From: an uncultured Chloroflexia bacterium
GTDB lineage: Bacteria > Chloroflexota > Limnocylindria > Limnocylindrales > CSP1-4
Direction: 5' to 3'
NCBI GenBank assembly: GCA_963772995.1
Contig: CAVYZQ010000004.1
Location: forward strand, 15,359-79,358
Length of the DNA: 64,000 nt
Position numbers and translations under genes: made by a program. The notes beneath the pieces are model-generated. The model did no database searches, was not told where the DNA came from, and saw nothing but the letters and a program-made list of their open reading frames with translations. The number at the start of each line of letters is the position of its first letter. Within the stretch, counting starts at the first letter, position 1. This document shows positions 9,765 to 20,201 of the stretch, piece by piece.

Positions 9765-11035
9765 GTCATCCTTCTCGACTCCGACAGGCCCGGCTCGGCC
9801 GGCATCGATCCGCCTGGCGACCGTGCGTCGATGGCGGCCAGGAGGCCCGTCGCCTGGGACCAGCCGCTGACCATGGGGTTCGCGAGGAGAGCTCGGAGAC
9901 GCGCGCCCGGAGCCGCACCTGGCTCCAGCGAGGCCGCGACGAGCGTCTCGTAGGCACCGTGTCGCGCCAGCAGGAGTGCCGGCAGCGCGGGACGCGAGGG
10001 AGGCTCGAGCGGCTCCAGGCGGCGAGGTCGGACGCGATGCGCCACTTCGATCATGGTGCCATCGGGCGCCTCGGGGAGGCGGCCGCTGTTCCGTACGCCG
10101 AGGATCATCGGTTCCTCGGGTCCGTGGATCCAGCCGTCCAGGAGCGGGGTGACCACCAGCCGATACCAGACGGCTCCCCGCTTCGGGCGGTCGCCGGCGA
10201 GGCCGGATGCGTAGGCGCCGAGCAGCGCCGCGTCGATCGACTTGAGCTGCTCGGCACGGCTGACGCGGCCGCGTTGTGCCTCGAGCTGACGCCCGGGTCG
10301 ACGTAGTAGCGCAGGTACGGGGTGGGCAGGGCCTCGTGGGCCTCGACGACGCCTGGGTCCATACCGACCACGAGGTCGGCCAGATGGTCGAGGTCGCCGG
10401 GGTCCTCGGGGACGTACCAGCCGCAGTGGTTCATCCCGACGTACCGGCGGGCGATCTCCGCGGCCGGGCGGCCGAGCCGGTCGGCGACGGTGGACGTGAA
10501 GGTGGTCGGTGCGTCGCACACCGAGACGATCCGAAGACCGGGCCAGCCCGCCGTCGGCGGCCCTCTGGACGATCCCGGCCGGGTTGGTGAGGTTGATGAC
10601 GAGGGCCTGCGGGCAGCTCGCGATGACACGTCCCAGGTGGAAGCCTGGCGGGCACGGTGCGGAGCGCGTCGGCGAACCCGCCGGGGCCCATGGTCTCCTC
10701 GCCCGGCAGGCCGAATGCCCGGGGGAACGTCTCGTCGAAGACGCGCGCGTCGAGACCGCCGACGCGTGCCTGGACGAGCACGAACGGCAGCGCCCTCGAG
10801 CGCCCGGTCCAGGGACGTGTCGGTGGTCACCTGGACGTCCGTCACGGACGTGGGGAGGCGCGCGCGGCATCGCCCGGCGACGGAGGTCGAGCTTCTCGAG
10901 GGAGCGACCCTGGAGCACCACGTCAAGGGGTGGGCGCCGGTCAGCGCCGCCTGGCCAGGCGGCGATGGCGTCCATCAGCTCCGGGGTGGACGCACCGCTG
11001 CCACCGATGACCGCCAGGCGGACGGCACCGTTCAC
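9761..11035 (-). CDS. Glycoside hydrolase family 4 (6-phospho-beta-glucosidase / ChbF-like), at least 5 frameshifts
   Basis: The N-terminus is VRLAVIGGSGASTPELMDAI. Other pieces are QARVGGLDARVFDETFPRAFGLPGEETMGPGGFADALRTVP, ALVINLTNPAGIVQRA, RYVGMNHCGWYV and a C-terminal block (ORF 9761..11035). The pieces are spread over all three reverse frames. The GTG start (11035) overlaps the upstream stop (GTGA). Confidence 0.8.
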   Translation of the reverse strand: MNGAVRLAVIGGSGASTPELMDAIAAWPGGADRRPPLDVVLQGRSLEKLDLRRRAMPRAPPHVRDGRPGDHRHVPGPGARGRCRSCSSRHASAVSTRASSTRRSPGHSACRARRPWAPAGSPTRSAPCPPGFHLGRVIASCPQALVINLTNPAGIVQRAADGGLARSSDRLGVRRTDHLHVHRRRPARPPGRGDRPPVRRDEPLRLVRPRGPRRPRPSGRPRGRYGPRRRRGPRGPAHPVPALLRRPGRQLEAQRGRVSRAEQLKSIDAALLGAYASGLAGDRPKRGAVWYRLVVTPLLDGWIHGPEEPMILGVRNSGRLPEAPDGTMIEVAHRVRPRRLEPLEPPSRPALPALLLARHGAYETLVAASLEPGAAPGARLRALLANPMVSGWSQATGLLAAIDARSPGGSMPAEPGLSESRRMT

Positions 11036-12181
11036 GAGACGTGATAGAACTCGCGGACGGCGGCTCCCGACGCGGTCGACCTCCGCGTCCGGTCAGCTCC
11101 GCGAACATCGGCAGGCAGAGCAGTCGCGGGACCAGGGAGCGGGCGACGCTCAGGTCGTCCGCGGCGCGCCACGGATGGGTGGCGTAGGCGCCCTGGTCCG
11201 GCACCAGCTTGGGGTAGATGAGCTGGGTGCCGATCCGCCGTGTCTCGAGGAAGGCCCGCAGCTCATCCCGGCCGGGCGCCAGCACGGTGTACATGTAGTA
11301 GACGTGCCGACCCGCGACATCGTGCGCGGGCGGCTCGGACGGGGCGTACCCGCGAGCAGCTCGGCGTACCGCTGGGCGACCCGCCGGCGACCGTCGACCT
11401 GGCCCTCGAGGTGGCGCAGCTTGACCCTCAGGAAGGCCGCCTGCATCTCGTCGAGCCGCTCCTGGTAGCCGAGGATGAGGTGCTCGTGCTTGACGCCTGC
11501 CTGGCCCATGTAGCGCAGCTGGCGCAGCCGGCGTCGAGCCCGTCGTCGGACGTGGTGAGGATGCCACCGTCACCGAGGGCGCCCATCACCTTGGAGGGAT
11601 AGAAGCTGAAGTCTGCCAGGTCCCCGAGACCGCCCGCCTTGCGGCCTCGGTAGGTCGCGCCGTGGGCATGGGCCGCGTCCTCGAGCACCGGGATGCCGGG
11701 CGCGGCGGCCCGGATGGCGTCGACGTCCGCGCACTGGCCCCACAGGTGGACGGGCAGGATCGCCTTCGTGCGCGAGCGTGACCGCGGCGGCGACCCGCGC
11801 CGGGTCCATGTTCGCGGTCATGGGGTCGACGTCGACGAACACCGGAACCGCCCCGACATACGTGATCGCGAACACGGTCGCGACATACGTGTTGGGGACG
11901 GTGATGACCTCGTCCCCGGGGCCGACGCCGAGCGCACGGAGGGCCAGCGCCAGAGCCGCGGTCCCGCTGCTGACACCGATGCCGTGTCCGGTCTCGCAGT
12001 ACGTCGCGAACTCCGCCTCAAAGGCCGCGAGCTGTGGCCCGAGGGTGAACCGGTTTCCTGGCAGGCAGGCCTCGAAGGCCTCACGCAACTCGCCGGCGAT
12101 CGCCGCGTGCCAGCGCACGATCGTTTCGGCGGGGATCTCGTCGGCGGCGACGTCGGCAGGGTGGCGTTCGGCGGTGGTCAT
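11032..12181 (-). CDS. DegT/DnrJ/EryC1/StrS-family PLP aminotransferase (at least 3 frameshifts)
   Basis: ORFs 11570..12181, 11428..11688, 11150..11509 and 10941..11573 carry [92 protein letters not shown], and [32 protein letters not shown]. Confidence 0.85.
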
Positions 12182-12184
12182 GGC

Positions 12185-12939
12185 TCAGCTCCTCGACGGT
12201 GTGGGTTCGGCGCGGCGGAGGACGTTGAACGTGAAGGCGTCGCCGCGGTGATAGTCATGGGAGTAGATGATCGGACTCCGTCCCGGGTGAAGTTGACGTG
12301 GACCATCAGCAGCCAGGGCGAGCGGGCGTCCCAACCGATCCGGCGGGCGGCGGCTGGCGACAGCGTCACCGCCCTGATCTGGGCGGTTGCGGTGGCCATC
12401 GCTAAGCCTCGTTCAGACAGGAGGCGCCCGAGGGAGCCGCTCCAATCGACGTCGAGCAGATCTTCCTCGATGAGGCGCCGCGGGATGACGTCGACCGAGT
12501 AGATCAACGGTTCCTCGCCCTGGAGGCGGAGGCGTTCCAGCCGGATCACCTTTCCGCCATCGGCGAGCTGGAGTGCCCGTGCCTCATCCTCCTGGGCGGC
12601 GTCCTCTTCCACCGAGATGACCCGGTTGGTGACCCGATAACCGAGCGCGGCCATCATCTCGGTCACGCTCTCGAGCCGGGTGATGGGGCGTTCGACCCGC
12701 GGCGCGACGAACCGGCCGACGCCGTGCTGGACGTGGATGACGCCGTCCTGCTCGAGGAGCTTCAGGGCCTCGCGGACGGTCGTGCGGGCGACGCCGAAGC
12801 GTGCCACGAGCTCGGTTTCCGCTGGCAGTTGGGCACCCGCGCTCAGCAGGCCATCGTCGACGAGGGCCATGATCTCGTCCCGCACCTGGAGCGCCAGTGG
12901 GCGGCGATCTCGCGCCAATGCCATGTAATCCTCAGACAT
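12185..12939 (-). CDS. GntR-family regulator, HutC subfamily (wHTH + UTRA), 1 frameshift
   Basis: ORF 12178..12939 reads LPAETELVARFGVARTTVREALKLLEQDGVIHVQHGVGRFV followed by a UTRA-like body. The last ~30 aa (PIIYSHDYHRGDAFTFNVLRRAEP) are recovered by a shift near 12278. Confidence 0.85.
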
Positions 12940-12968
12940 CAGACGTCAGACAACGGTCGTCAGTCTAC
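12932..12968. promoter_or_regulatory. Candidate operator: three tandem TCAGAC(A/G) heptamers plus an inverted GTCT element at the GntR start
   Basis: TCAGACA TCAGACG TCAGACA lies at 12932-12952 and overlaps the reverse-strand start codon (12939-12937). AACGGTCGTCAGTCTAC follows, giving an AGAC..GAC..GTC..GTCT imperfect palindrome. The site is in the 206-bp divergent region shared with the M20 gene. Confidence 0.35.
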
Positions 12969-13145
12969 TGGGCAGCCGGCCCTGGCGTCAATCTGAAAGC
13001 GACCCGTGTGCCACGGCGGGCGCGCCGGTGGCGCCGAGGGCATGCACCGAGCAAGCCTCGGGCCGCGACCGGTGGCACCGGAGCCCGAGCCTCGTGGTAC
13101 GTTGGCCACCTCCCACCAACCCGGACCCTGACCTCCCAGGCACCG

Positions 13146-14363
13146 ATGACCGATCGAACCCGGATGCCCATCGATCCGGCGCTCTCCATCGCCACCGACA
13201 CGGAGCAGCGCGTGCTCGCGGCAGTCGACGACGCCGAGACGCTGGACAACCTGGCCCGCCTGGTCCGAGCTCGATCGGAGAACCCGCCCGGGCAGGAATC
13301 GGAGGCTGCCGCCGTGGTCGCTGGAGCGTTGGCCCGGGTCGGGATCTTCGCCGAGCTGCGCGATGTGGCGCCCGGCCGGCCGAACGTGGTCGCCGCCATC
13401 GGCGCACGGGCCAGGCCCTCGCTCGTGTTCAACGGCCACACGGACACCATGCCAGCCGGCAGCGGCTGGACCGTCGACCCCTTCGCGGCGATCATCGATG
13501 GAGACCGGATGCTCGGTCGCGGTACCGCCGACACCAAGGGCGGGCTGGCCGCGATGGTGGGCGCGATCGCCGCGATCCACCGATCCGGCGTCTCGCTTGC
13601 CGGGCGACTCGAGCTCCATGCGGTCGTTGACGAGGAGTCCGGCGCTACCGGCACCGCGCGCGCGGTGGCGGACTGCCTCGCTGCCGACTGGGCGATCCTC
13701 GCCGAACCGACTGCGCTTCGGGTCGCCCGTGCCAGCAACGGCCAGGTCGACATGCGCATCAGGTTCCACGGCGAGGCCGCGCACGGCAGCACCCCGGGGG
13801 AGGGGCGAAGCGCCATCGCGGACGCCGCAAGGTTCGTGGGGCTCATCGAAGAGGCCAACGCGGGGTTGGCAGATGCACCGGTCCACCCCTTGACCGGCTC
13901 GCCAAGCGTCATGGTCGGGACGATCCAGGGCGGCGTCCAGACCTCGATCGTGCCGGCGGTCTGCGAGGTGACCGTCGACCGTCGGCTCATGCCGGGACAG
14001 GCCGCGGCCGAGGCGTTGACCGACCTCGACAGGCTGCTGGAACGGCTTGCAGCCGAGCGGCCGGGCCTCAGCGTCGAGCGCGAGGCATTCCTCTCGATCC
14101 CTCCTGTCGAGGTCGGCCCCGATGTGCGGGTCGTCCGCGAGCTGGAACGCGCGATCTACGGCCAGACCGACGTGATGGACGCTGTCACCGGCCTGCGGGC
14201 CACTTCCGACGCGGCCACCTACATCACGGCCGGCATCCCGGCGGTCGTGTTCGGACCGGGGAGCCTTGCCGATGCGCACCGCGCCGACGAAGGCGTCTCC
14301 CTGGCCCAGGTCCGAGCGGCGACCCGGATCCTCGCGCTCACGGCGGTGCGTCTGCTGGCATGA
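13146..14363 (+). CDS. M20-family metallopeptidase / deacylase (ArgE/DapE type)
   Basis: Intact from ATG 13146 within ORF 12897..14363, with LVFNGHTDTMPAG, MLGRGTADTKGGLAAM, VVDEESGATG, FHGEAAHGSTP and SDAATYITAGIPAVVFGPG. Confidence 0.9.
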   Translation: MTDRTRMPIDPALSIATDTEQRVLAAVDDAETLDNLARLVRARSENPPGQESEAAAVVAGALARVGIFAELRDVAPGRPNVVAAIGARARPSLVFNGHTDTMPAGSGWTVDPFAAIIDGDRMLGRGTADTKGGLAAMVGAIAAIHRSGVSLAGRLELHAVVDEESGATGTARAVADCLAADWAILAEPTALRVARASNGQVDMRIRFHGEAAHGSTPGEGRSAIADAARFVGLIEEANAGLADAPVHPLTGSPSVMVGTIQGGVQTSIVPAVCEVTVDRRLMPGQAAAEALTDLDRLLERLAAERPGLSVEREAFLSIPPVEVGPDVRVVRELERAIYGQTDVMDAVTGLRATSDAATYITAGIPAVVFGPGSLADAHRADEGVSLAQVRAATRILALTAVRLLA

Positions 14364-15697
14364 TGGGCGCCCGGGCCGTGGCGTCGGTCGCGCGCGCCGG
14401 GTCAGGAGGTTGCCGGACGGTGGGGACGAAACCCGGGGGGCCGTGGGCGGACGACGCCAGACGACTGGTCGAGCTGCTGCGAGCCCAAGACGACTACCGC
14501 CAGAGCTGCCTCAATCTCGTGGCGGCCGAGAACGTCATGAGCCCGCTGGCCCACTCGACGCTCGATTCGGACCTGGCCCACCGCTATGCGGACTATGCCG
14601 GCCGCGACCTGCGGGCCCGCAAGTACCTCGGAACCGACTACGTCGTGGCCATCGAGGAGCGTGTCCAGGAACTGTTGAAGGCCCTCTTCCGCGTCTCGTA
14701 CGTCGAGCCGCGACCGCTATCGGGGCACATCGCGGGGGCCGCGGTGCTCATGTCCCTGACGAAGCCCGGCGACATCGTCCTGGAGCTCGATGGACCGGGC
14801 GGTGGGCACCGGATCGCCGAGAAGCTCAACGCCACCCGCTTCGCGACGCTCGATGTGCGGCCGCTGCCCTTCGATACGGACGCGTACGGCGTCGACGTCG
14901 AGCGCGCGATCGAGACCGCCCGGCGCGTCCGGCCTCGGGTGATCATCCTCGGCAGCAGCCTCTTCCTCTTCCCGCACCCCGTGGCCGAGCTGTCGGTGGC
15001 ACTGGCCGACCAGCCCGAGACGGTCATCGCCTACGACGCCTCGCACGTACTGGGCCTGATCGCGGGCGGAGCGTTTCAGGACCCGTTGCGGGAGGGGGCG
15101 GCGGTCGTCTGGTCGAGCACGCACAAGACCTTCCCGGGACCGCCGGGCGGCCTGATCCTGACCGAGCGGTCGGACGTCATCGAGGCCGCCGCCGAGGCGG
15201 TCTACCCGGGTCTCGTTACCAATCACCACCCGGCCCGAATGCCGGCGCTGGGGATCGCCGCCGCCGAGATGCTCGCGTTCGGGCCTGCGTACGCGGCCGA
15301 CATCGTCGCGAACGCCCGGCGTCTCGCGGCCGGGATCGACGCCTGCGGGGTCCCGATGATCGCCGCCGCCCGGGGCTACACCGCGTCGCACACCGCGCTC
15401 ATGGTCGTGGACCGGTTCGGCTCCGCACCCGAGGTCGCCGCCCGGCTGGAGGCCGCCGGGATCATCACGACCGTGTCGAAGCTGCCGCCGGTGCTGGGAG
15501 GTGCCTGCGTCCGCCTGGGCCTGCAGGAGCTGACCCGACGCGGCGCCGGGCCGGAGGACATGCCCGAGATCGCCGCCCTCATCGCGGGCGTCGTGACGGG
15601 CGCCCGCACGCCAGACGCCTCGCGCCCGCTAGTCCGCGACCTCGCCGAGCGCTACCGGACGATCGAGTACACGTTCTCCGACGTCACATCGCCGTGA
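14360..15697 (+). CDS. Serine hydroxymethyltransferase-family PLP enzyme (SHMT-like)
   Basis: Intact ORF of 445 aa with LNLVAAENVMSP, RYADYAG, YDASHVLGLIAGG and SSTHKTFPGPPGG (PLP-lysine motif). ATG 14360 overlaps the M20 stop (ATGA). Confidence 0.8.
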   Translation: MMGARAVASVARAGSGGCRTVGTKPGGPWADDARRLVELLRAQDDYRQSCLNLVAAENVMSPLAHSTLDSDLAHRYADYAGRDLRARKYLGTDYVVAIEERVQELLKALFRVSYVEPRPLSGHIAGAAVLMSLTKPGDIVLELDGPGGGHRIAEKLNATRFATLDVRPLPFDTDAYGVDVERAIETARRVRPRVIILGSSLFLFPHPVAELSVALADQPETVIAYDASHVLGLIAGGAFQDPLREGAAVVWSSTHKTFPGPPGGLILTERSDVIEAAAEAVYPGLVTNHHPARMPALGIAAAEMLAFGPAYAADIVANARRLAAGIDACGVPMIAAARGYTASHTALMVVDRFGSAPEVAARLEAAGIITTVSKLPPVLGGACVRLGLQELTRRGAGPEDMPEIAALIAGVVTGARTPDASRPLVRDLAERYRTIEYTFSDVTSP

Positions 15698-17205
15698 CGG
15701 TGGGCGGTACACGCCGGGGACCATCGATCCTCGCGTTCGACATCGGCCTCACCAACGTGAAGGCCGTCCTGTTCGATGCCGACGGCCGGATGCTCGACCG
15801 CGAGAGCCTCCCGTACCCCACCATGCGCCCCGCCCCTGACCGCGTGGAGCAGGACCCCGACGACTGGCTGGCCGCCATGGTCCGTGTCGCGCAGGCCGTG
15901 TGGGCGCGCGACCCGGACGCCCCCGCGCGGGTTGCCGCGATCAGCGTCACGGCCCACATGCACGCGGTCGTCTGCCTGGGCAGCGAGGGACGGGCGCTCG
16001 GCCCGGCGTTAGTGCTCGGCGACCGGCGCGCCCTCGGCCACGCCGAGCGGCTCACCCGCGCGGTCGGGGCGACGCAGGTCTACACGGCGACCGGTGCCGA
16101 GCTGGACGCGTCGATGCCGGCGGCCAAGATGGCCTGGCTGCTCGACCAGGCACCCGAGATCGGCTCGCGGGCGAGAACATTCCTCTCCTGCAAGGACTAC
16201 GTTCGGCACCGGCTCACCGGCGATCTGCTGAGCGACCCGATCGACGCCTGTGCGACCTCGCTCTACGACATCGCCGCAGGCACCTGGTGGCCGCCCATCC
16301 TCGAGGCCATCGGCGTCGAGCGAGGCACGACTGCCGGAGGTCCGCCCACCGGATTCGATCGCCGGGACGCTGCTCCCCGAGATGGCCGGCACTCTGGGGC
16401 TGCCCGCCGGTATCCCGGTCGTCGTGGGTGGTGGCGACGACGTGGAGGTTCTCGGTAACGGCCTGCTGGGCCCCGGCAATTCGATCGAGCACCTCGGGAC
16501 GACCGGCTCCATCCTGACCGTCAGCGACCGCCTCGTCCTCGACCCGGAGATGCGCCTCGAGACATACCCGCACGCCATCCCCGGGTTTGGGTGGTGGGCG
16601 GGTCGATGACCGCGGCTGGAGCGGCGATCACGGCCGCCTGGCGACCTGCTCGGCGCCTCCACAGACGAGGCGCTTGCCGCCCTCGCCGCGAATCCGGTGC
16701 CCGCGCCCGCCGACCCGGTCTTCCTGCCGGACCTGGCGGGACTCCGGGCGCCCGTCCGCGCCCCGCACGCGAAGGGCGGCTGGCTCGGGCTCACGCCGGA
16801 GACGCGTCGCGAGGCGCTGATGGCAGCCTCCTACCGCGGGGTCGCCTACGGCCTGCGGCGGATCCTCGCCCGCATCGAGGACTTCGTCGGTCGCCAGCGG
16901 GTCATCACCGTCAGCGGCGGCTACGACGTCGATCCGGCCTGGCTGCAGCTCCGGGCCAACGTCTATGACCGACCAATCGCCTTCCTCGAGACGACCGAGC
17001 CGACCGCTCTTGGCGCCGCGATCCTGGCGGCCGCAGGGATCGGGCTCTACCCGGGCCTCGCGGCCGCGGTACGCGCGTCCGCGCGACGGGACGGGCGGTC
17101 TGGATCCGATCCCGGCACAGGCCGAGGCGCTGCGCCGGGACTATGCTGCGCTGGCTCCGTTTCAGCGACGCCCTGCTCGACGCCTGGGATCCGCCGTGCG
17201 CCTGA
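15694..17205 (+). CDS. FGGY-family carbohydrate kinase (xylulokinase/glycerol-kinase fold), at least 4 frameshifts
   Basis: ILAFDIGLTNVKAVLFDADG...EQDPDDWL...ISVTAHMHAVVCL comes from the tail of ORF 14266..16458. GIPVVVGGGDDVEVLGNGLLGPG..HLGTTGSI comes from ORF 16250..16609. FLPDLAGLRAPV...GWLGLT...VITVSGGY...TEPTALGAAILAAAG comes from ORF 16697..17401. The start GTG 15694 overlaps the SHMT-like stop. Confidence 0.8.
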
Positions 17206-17211
17206 GGCCCG

Positions 17212-18388
17212 TCAGTCCACCCGGTACTGCGCCAGCGCCTCACGGTCCAGCTCGACCCCAAGGCCAGGAGCCGTCGGTGCCGCCAGTTGGCCATCCGTCA
17301 TGACCAGGTGGTCCATGGTCAGCTCGCGGCGAAGGCGGGAGCCGGTCAGTTCGGCCGGCAGGTATTCGATGAACGCGCAGCCGGCGGTGGCGGCCGCGTA
17401 GTGCGCCGCGACCGCGATGGACACCCCGGACTTCCAGAGGTGCGGGACGATCGTCCGGCCGCGCTCCGCGGCCAGGTCGGCGACGCGCCGAGCCTCGGTC
17501 AGGCCACCCACGCGGCCGATATCGGGCTGGGCGACGTCCACCCGGCCGCGGTCCATCAGGTCGAGGAACTCGAACCGGGTGGTCAGCCATTCGCCCGCGG
17601 CGATCGGCGTCCCGAGCGCCATGTCGTGGAGGCGGGCGTAGCCCTCGAGGTCATCGGAGCGCAGCGGGGTCTCGACGAAGAAGAGGCCGAACGGCTTCCA
17701 GTCCGCGATGGTCCGGGCGGCCCGGTCGACGTCGTCCCAGGCGTACTGCACGTCGACCATCAGGGCCATCTCCGGCCCGACGGCGTCGCGGACGGCGGCG
17801 ATCACCTCGGTCGTCCGCTCGTCCGGCTCGTGGAGTCCCGACGTGGCGGTACGGCCCGTCGAAGGTCAGCTCGAGCTTGGCGGCCCGGAAGCCGAGGTCC
17901 CGGGCGCGGACGGCCCATCCCAGCAGCGAATCGCGGTAGGCGTCGAACCCGCGGGTGTCGGGCTGGAGCGAGGCATACGGCGTGATCTCCGGCTGTGCGA
18001 GACCGCCGAGCAGCTCGCTAGACACGGCACGCCGGCGGCCTTGCCCGGCGATGTCCCACAGGGCGATGTCGATGGCGCCGATGGCGTTGATGACCGCGCC
18101 CCGCCGGCCGTTCATCGCCGAGCCGACGTACAGCGTCTCCCAGATCGCCGGCGGGTCGAGCGGGTCCGCCCCGATCAGCATCTCGCGCAGTCCGCGGCCC
18201 ATCGTATGGGTCCCGGGCGCCTCCATGCACGCCCGCGCGATCCACGGGTTCACATCGGTCTCGCCGACGCCGGTGATGCCCTCGTCGGTGTGGACCTCGA
18301 CGATGAAGCTGTCCTGCGCCGAGCTGGTCGCATCGACGTCGTAGCCGGGCGCGACGAGCACGTGGCAGTCGATGCCCGTGACCCGCAT
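17212..18388 (-). CDS. Enolase-superfamily enzyme (mandelate racemase / sugar-acid dehydratase type), 1 frameshift
   Basis: ORF 17651..18388 reads MRVTGIDCHVL...VEVHTDEGITGVGE...IGAIDIALWDIAG. ORF 17212..17805 reads ALMVDVQYAWD...FVETPL...IAAGEW...DVAQPDIGRVGGLTEA. The frames join at the CCC run 17837-17839. Confidence 0.85.
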
Positions 18389-18395
18389 CGCGGCG

Positions 18396-19419
18396 TCAGC
18401 CCCGGTCGGCGGGTGCGGCCACCACAGACCCGTCGGCGCTGAGCCCGGCGACGCCCGTCACGCCCCCGTAGACGCACGCCGTGGAGCGTCGTCTCGAGCA
18501 CATCGCCGGGCTCCATGGTCCTGGCGCGGCCAAGCCGGACCGCGTCCGCGAGGATGCCCGGCCACGACGTCCACGCCTCCATCGCCGCGTGGTAGTAACC
18601 ACGCCAGCCGCCGTAGACCTGCCAGAGCCAGACGACCGGGAAGAAGCTCTGGTCGAAGACGAGGCCGAAGCCGCGCCCGATCGAGGTATCGGTGCAGGCC
18701 GCCCATCCGGCGTGCAGTCCGGTCAGGTAGTGGAGGCCGACGCTGCGGATCTCCGGACCGCCGACCCGACGGACGTCCACCTCGACCCCGTCGCGACGGG
18801 TAAGGATCGGCCAGCGGTAGGTATCGCCGCGGACCCCGAGCAGTTCCTCGCCGCCGTACTCGTCCACCTCGGCGTCGATCGCCGGGACGTCGAACCGGTG
18901 ATGCGGCGAGATGGCCAGACAGGGATGGGTGCCCATGATCATGTCGAACGGGCGCGTCCCGACGTGCTCGACGCGGATCCGCGACTCCACGACCGGCTCG
19001 TCGCCGCGGATCGTGAGCGTTCGCGTGTATCGAGCCGGGGTGAGCGGCGTCAGCACGCTGCACTCGAGCCCGACGCTGCCGTCCCCGGCGTCGATGACGC
19101 GCCACTCCCAGTTGGCGGCGGACCACAGCTCGCCCATGTACGGGGTCGGCTCGCCGTAGCGGTCGATGGACGGCGCCCCGCACGGGAACGCCTCGTCCCA
19201 GCCGCCCGACCAGTGGTCGTCAAATGTCGCGAAGACCGGCGCGCGGTGCGGCGGGATGCGGATGTTCTCCCACAGGACATTGCGGTCGCCCGGCTTGTCG
19301 ATGAGGCGGAAGATCTTGGCGCCGAGGTCCGGCAGGACCTCGAGGGCCATCGCGCGGTTCTCGATGCGGACGGCGGGCAGCCCGCGGTATGTCCAGTGCG
19401 GATCGATGCGGGCGGTCAT
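18396..19419 (-). CDS. Galactose-mutarotase-like (aldose 1-epimerase superfamily / DUF4432-like) protein, 1 frameshift
   Basis: The start is ATG 19419 (MTARIDPHWTYRGLPAVRIENRAMALEVLPDLGAKIFRLIDKPGDRNVLWEN...) in ORF 18250..19773. The tail VYGGVTGVAGLSADGSVV is in ORF 18396..18602. The assignment rests on pattern only. Confidence 0.55.
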
Positions 19420-20127
19420 AGTCGGATCCCCTCCAGCAGGTCCCCGGGATCGGTGACGAGGTGGGCGATCATCCGCTGCCGCGCGAGGGGCGCATCGTGC
19501 GCGGCGACGGCCTCGAACAGGCGGCGATGGGTCTCGTACCGCGCGTCCTCGAGCGGCGCGCTCGATCTCGAGCTCCTCGCCGCGTTCCATGAGCATCGGC
19601 GAATAGCGCCGGACGAACCCGAGCAGCACGTCGTTGTGGGCCGCCCCGAAGAGTCCCTGGTGGAATCGGACGCCCTCGCGGACCCGGTGCGGGAGCATCG
19701 ACGCTCCGCTCGTAGGACACGAGGCGCCGTTCGATGTCGGCGAGGTCCTCCTCGGTCGCGTGGATCGCGGCAAGTCCGGCGAGGGCCGGCTCGACGACCA
19801 GGCGGGCCTGGGTCAGCGCCCGCGTCACGCCGCGTTCGAGGGCGACATCGAGCGCTTCCGGGCTCGGGTGTCGCGGGGGCGGGCGACGCGACGAAGACGC
19901 CCTGGCCGTGGCGGATCTCGAGGACGCCGGTGAGAGCGAGGCCGTTGAGCGCCTCGCGGACCGTGGAACGACCCACGTGGAGGCGGGTCATCAGCTCGCG
20001 TTCCGACGGCAGACGGGTCCCCGGCGGCGAGGTCCTCGGCGCGAATTGCGCCGAGGAGAAGATCGGCCACCGTGTGACTGAGGCGCTGGCGGGGCGCCCG
20101 CTGCACGTCCAGGATGGACTCCCTCAT
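19416..20127 (-). CDS. GntR-family regulator, FadR subfamily (wHTH + FCD), at least 3 frameshifts
   Basis: MRESILDVQ...SHTVADLLLGAIRAEDL comes from ORF 19825..20208. LMTRLHVGRSTVREALNGLALTGVLEIRHGQGVFV comes from ORF 19416..19991. FCD-like helices are spread over three frames. The stop overlaps the next start (ATGA at 19416-19419). Confidence 0.75.
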
Positions 20128-20173
20128 GGTCAGTAATGTAGCATCACCAGACCAGTAGGTCAGCAGACCAGTA
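20128..20173. promoter_or_regulatory. Candidate FadR-type operator region in the 74-bp divergent intergenic gap
   Basis: The direct repeat CAGACCAGTA occurs at 20148-20157 and 20164-20173. GGTCAG(T/C)A elements lie at 20128 and 20158. An ACC-AGTA-GGT palindromic core lies at 20151-20160. Confidence 0.3.
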
Positions 20174-20201
20174 CATCGAGCGTCCCGCGCGGAGGGCTCG
20201 G

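Noticed and set aside
14266-16458. 730-aa + strand ORF spanning the M20 end, the SHMT-like gene and the kinase start
   Set aside because: Its first roughly 480 aa are an out-of-frame read-through of the SHMT-like gene and are Arg/Gly/Pro-rich. Only the last third (ILAFDIGLTNVK...) is genuine, as the N-terminus of the FGGY kinase.
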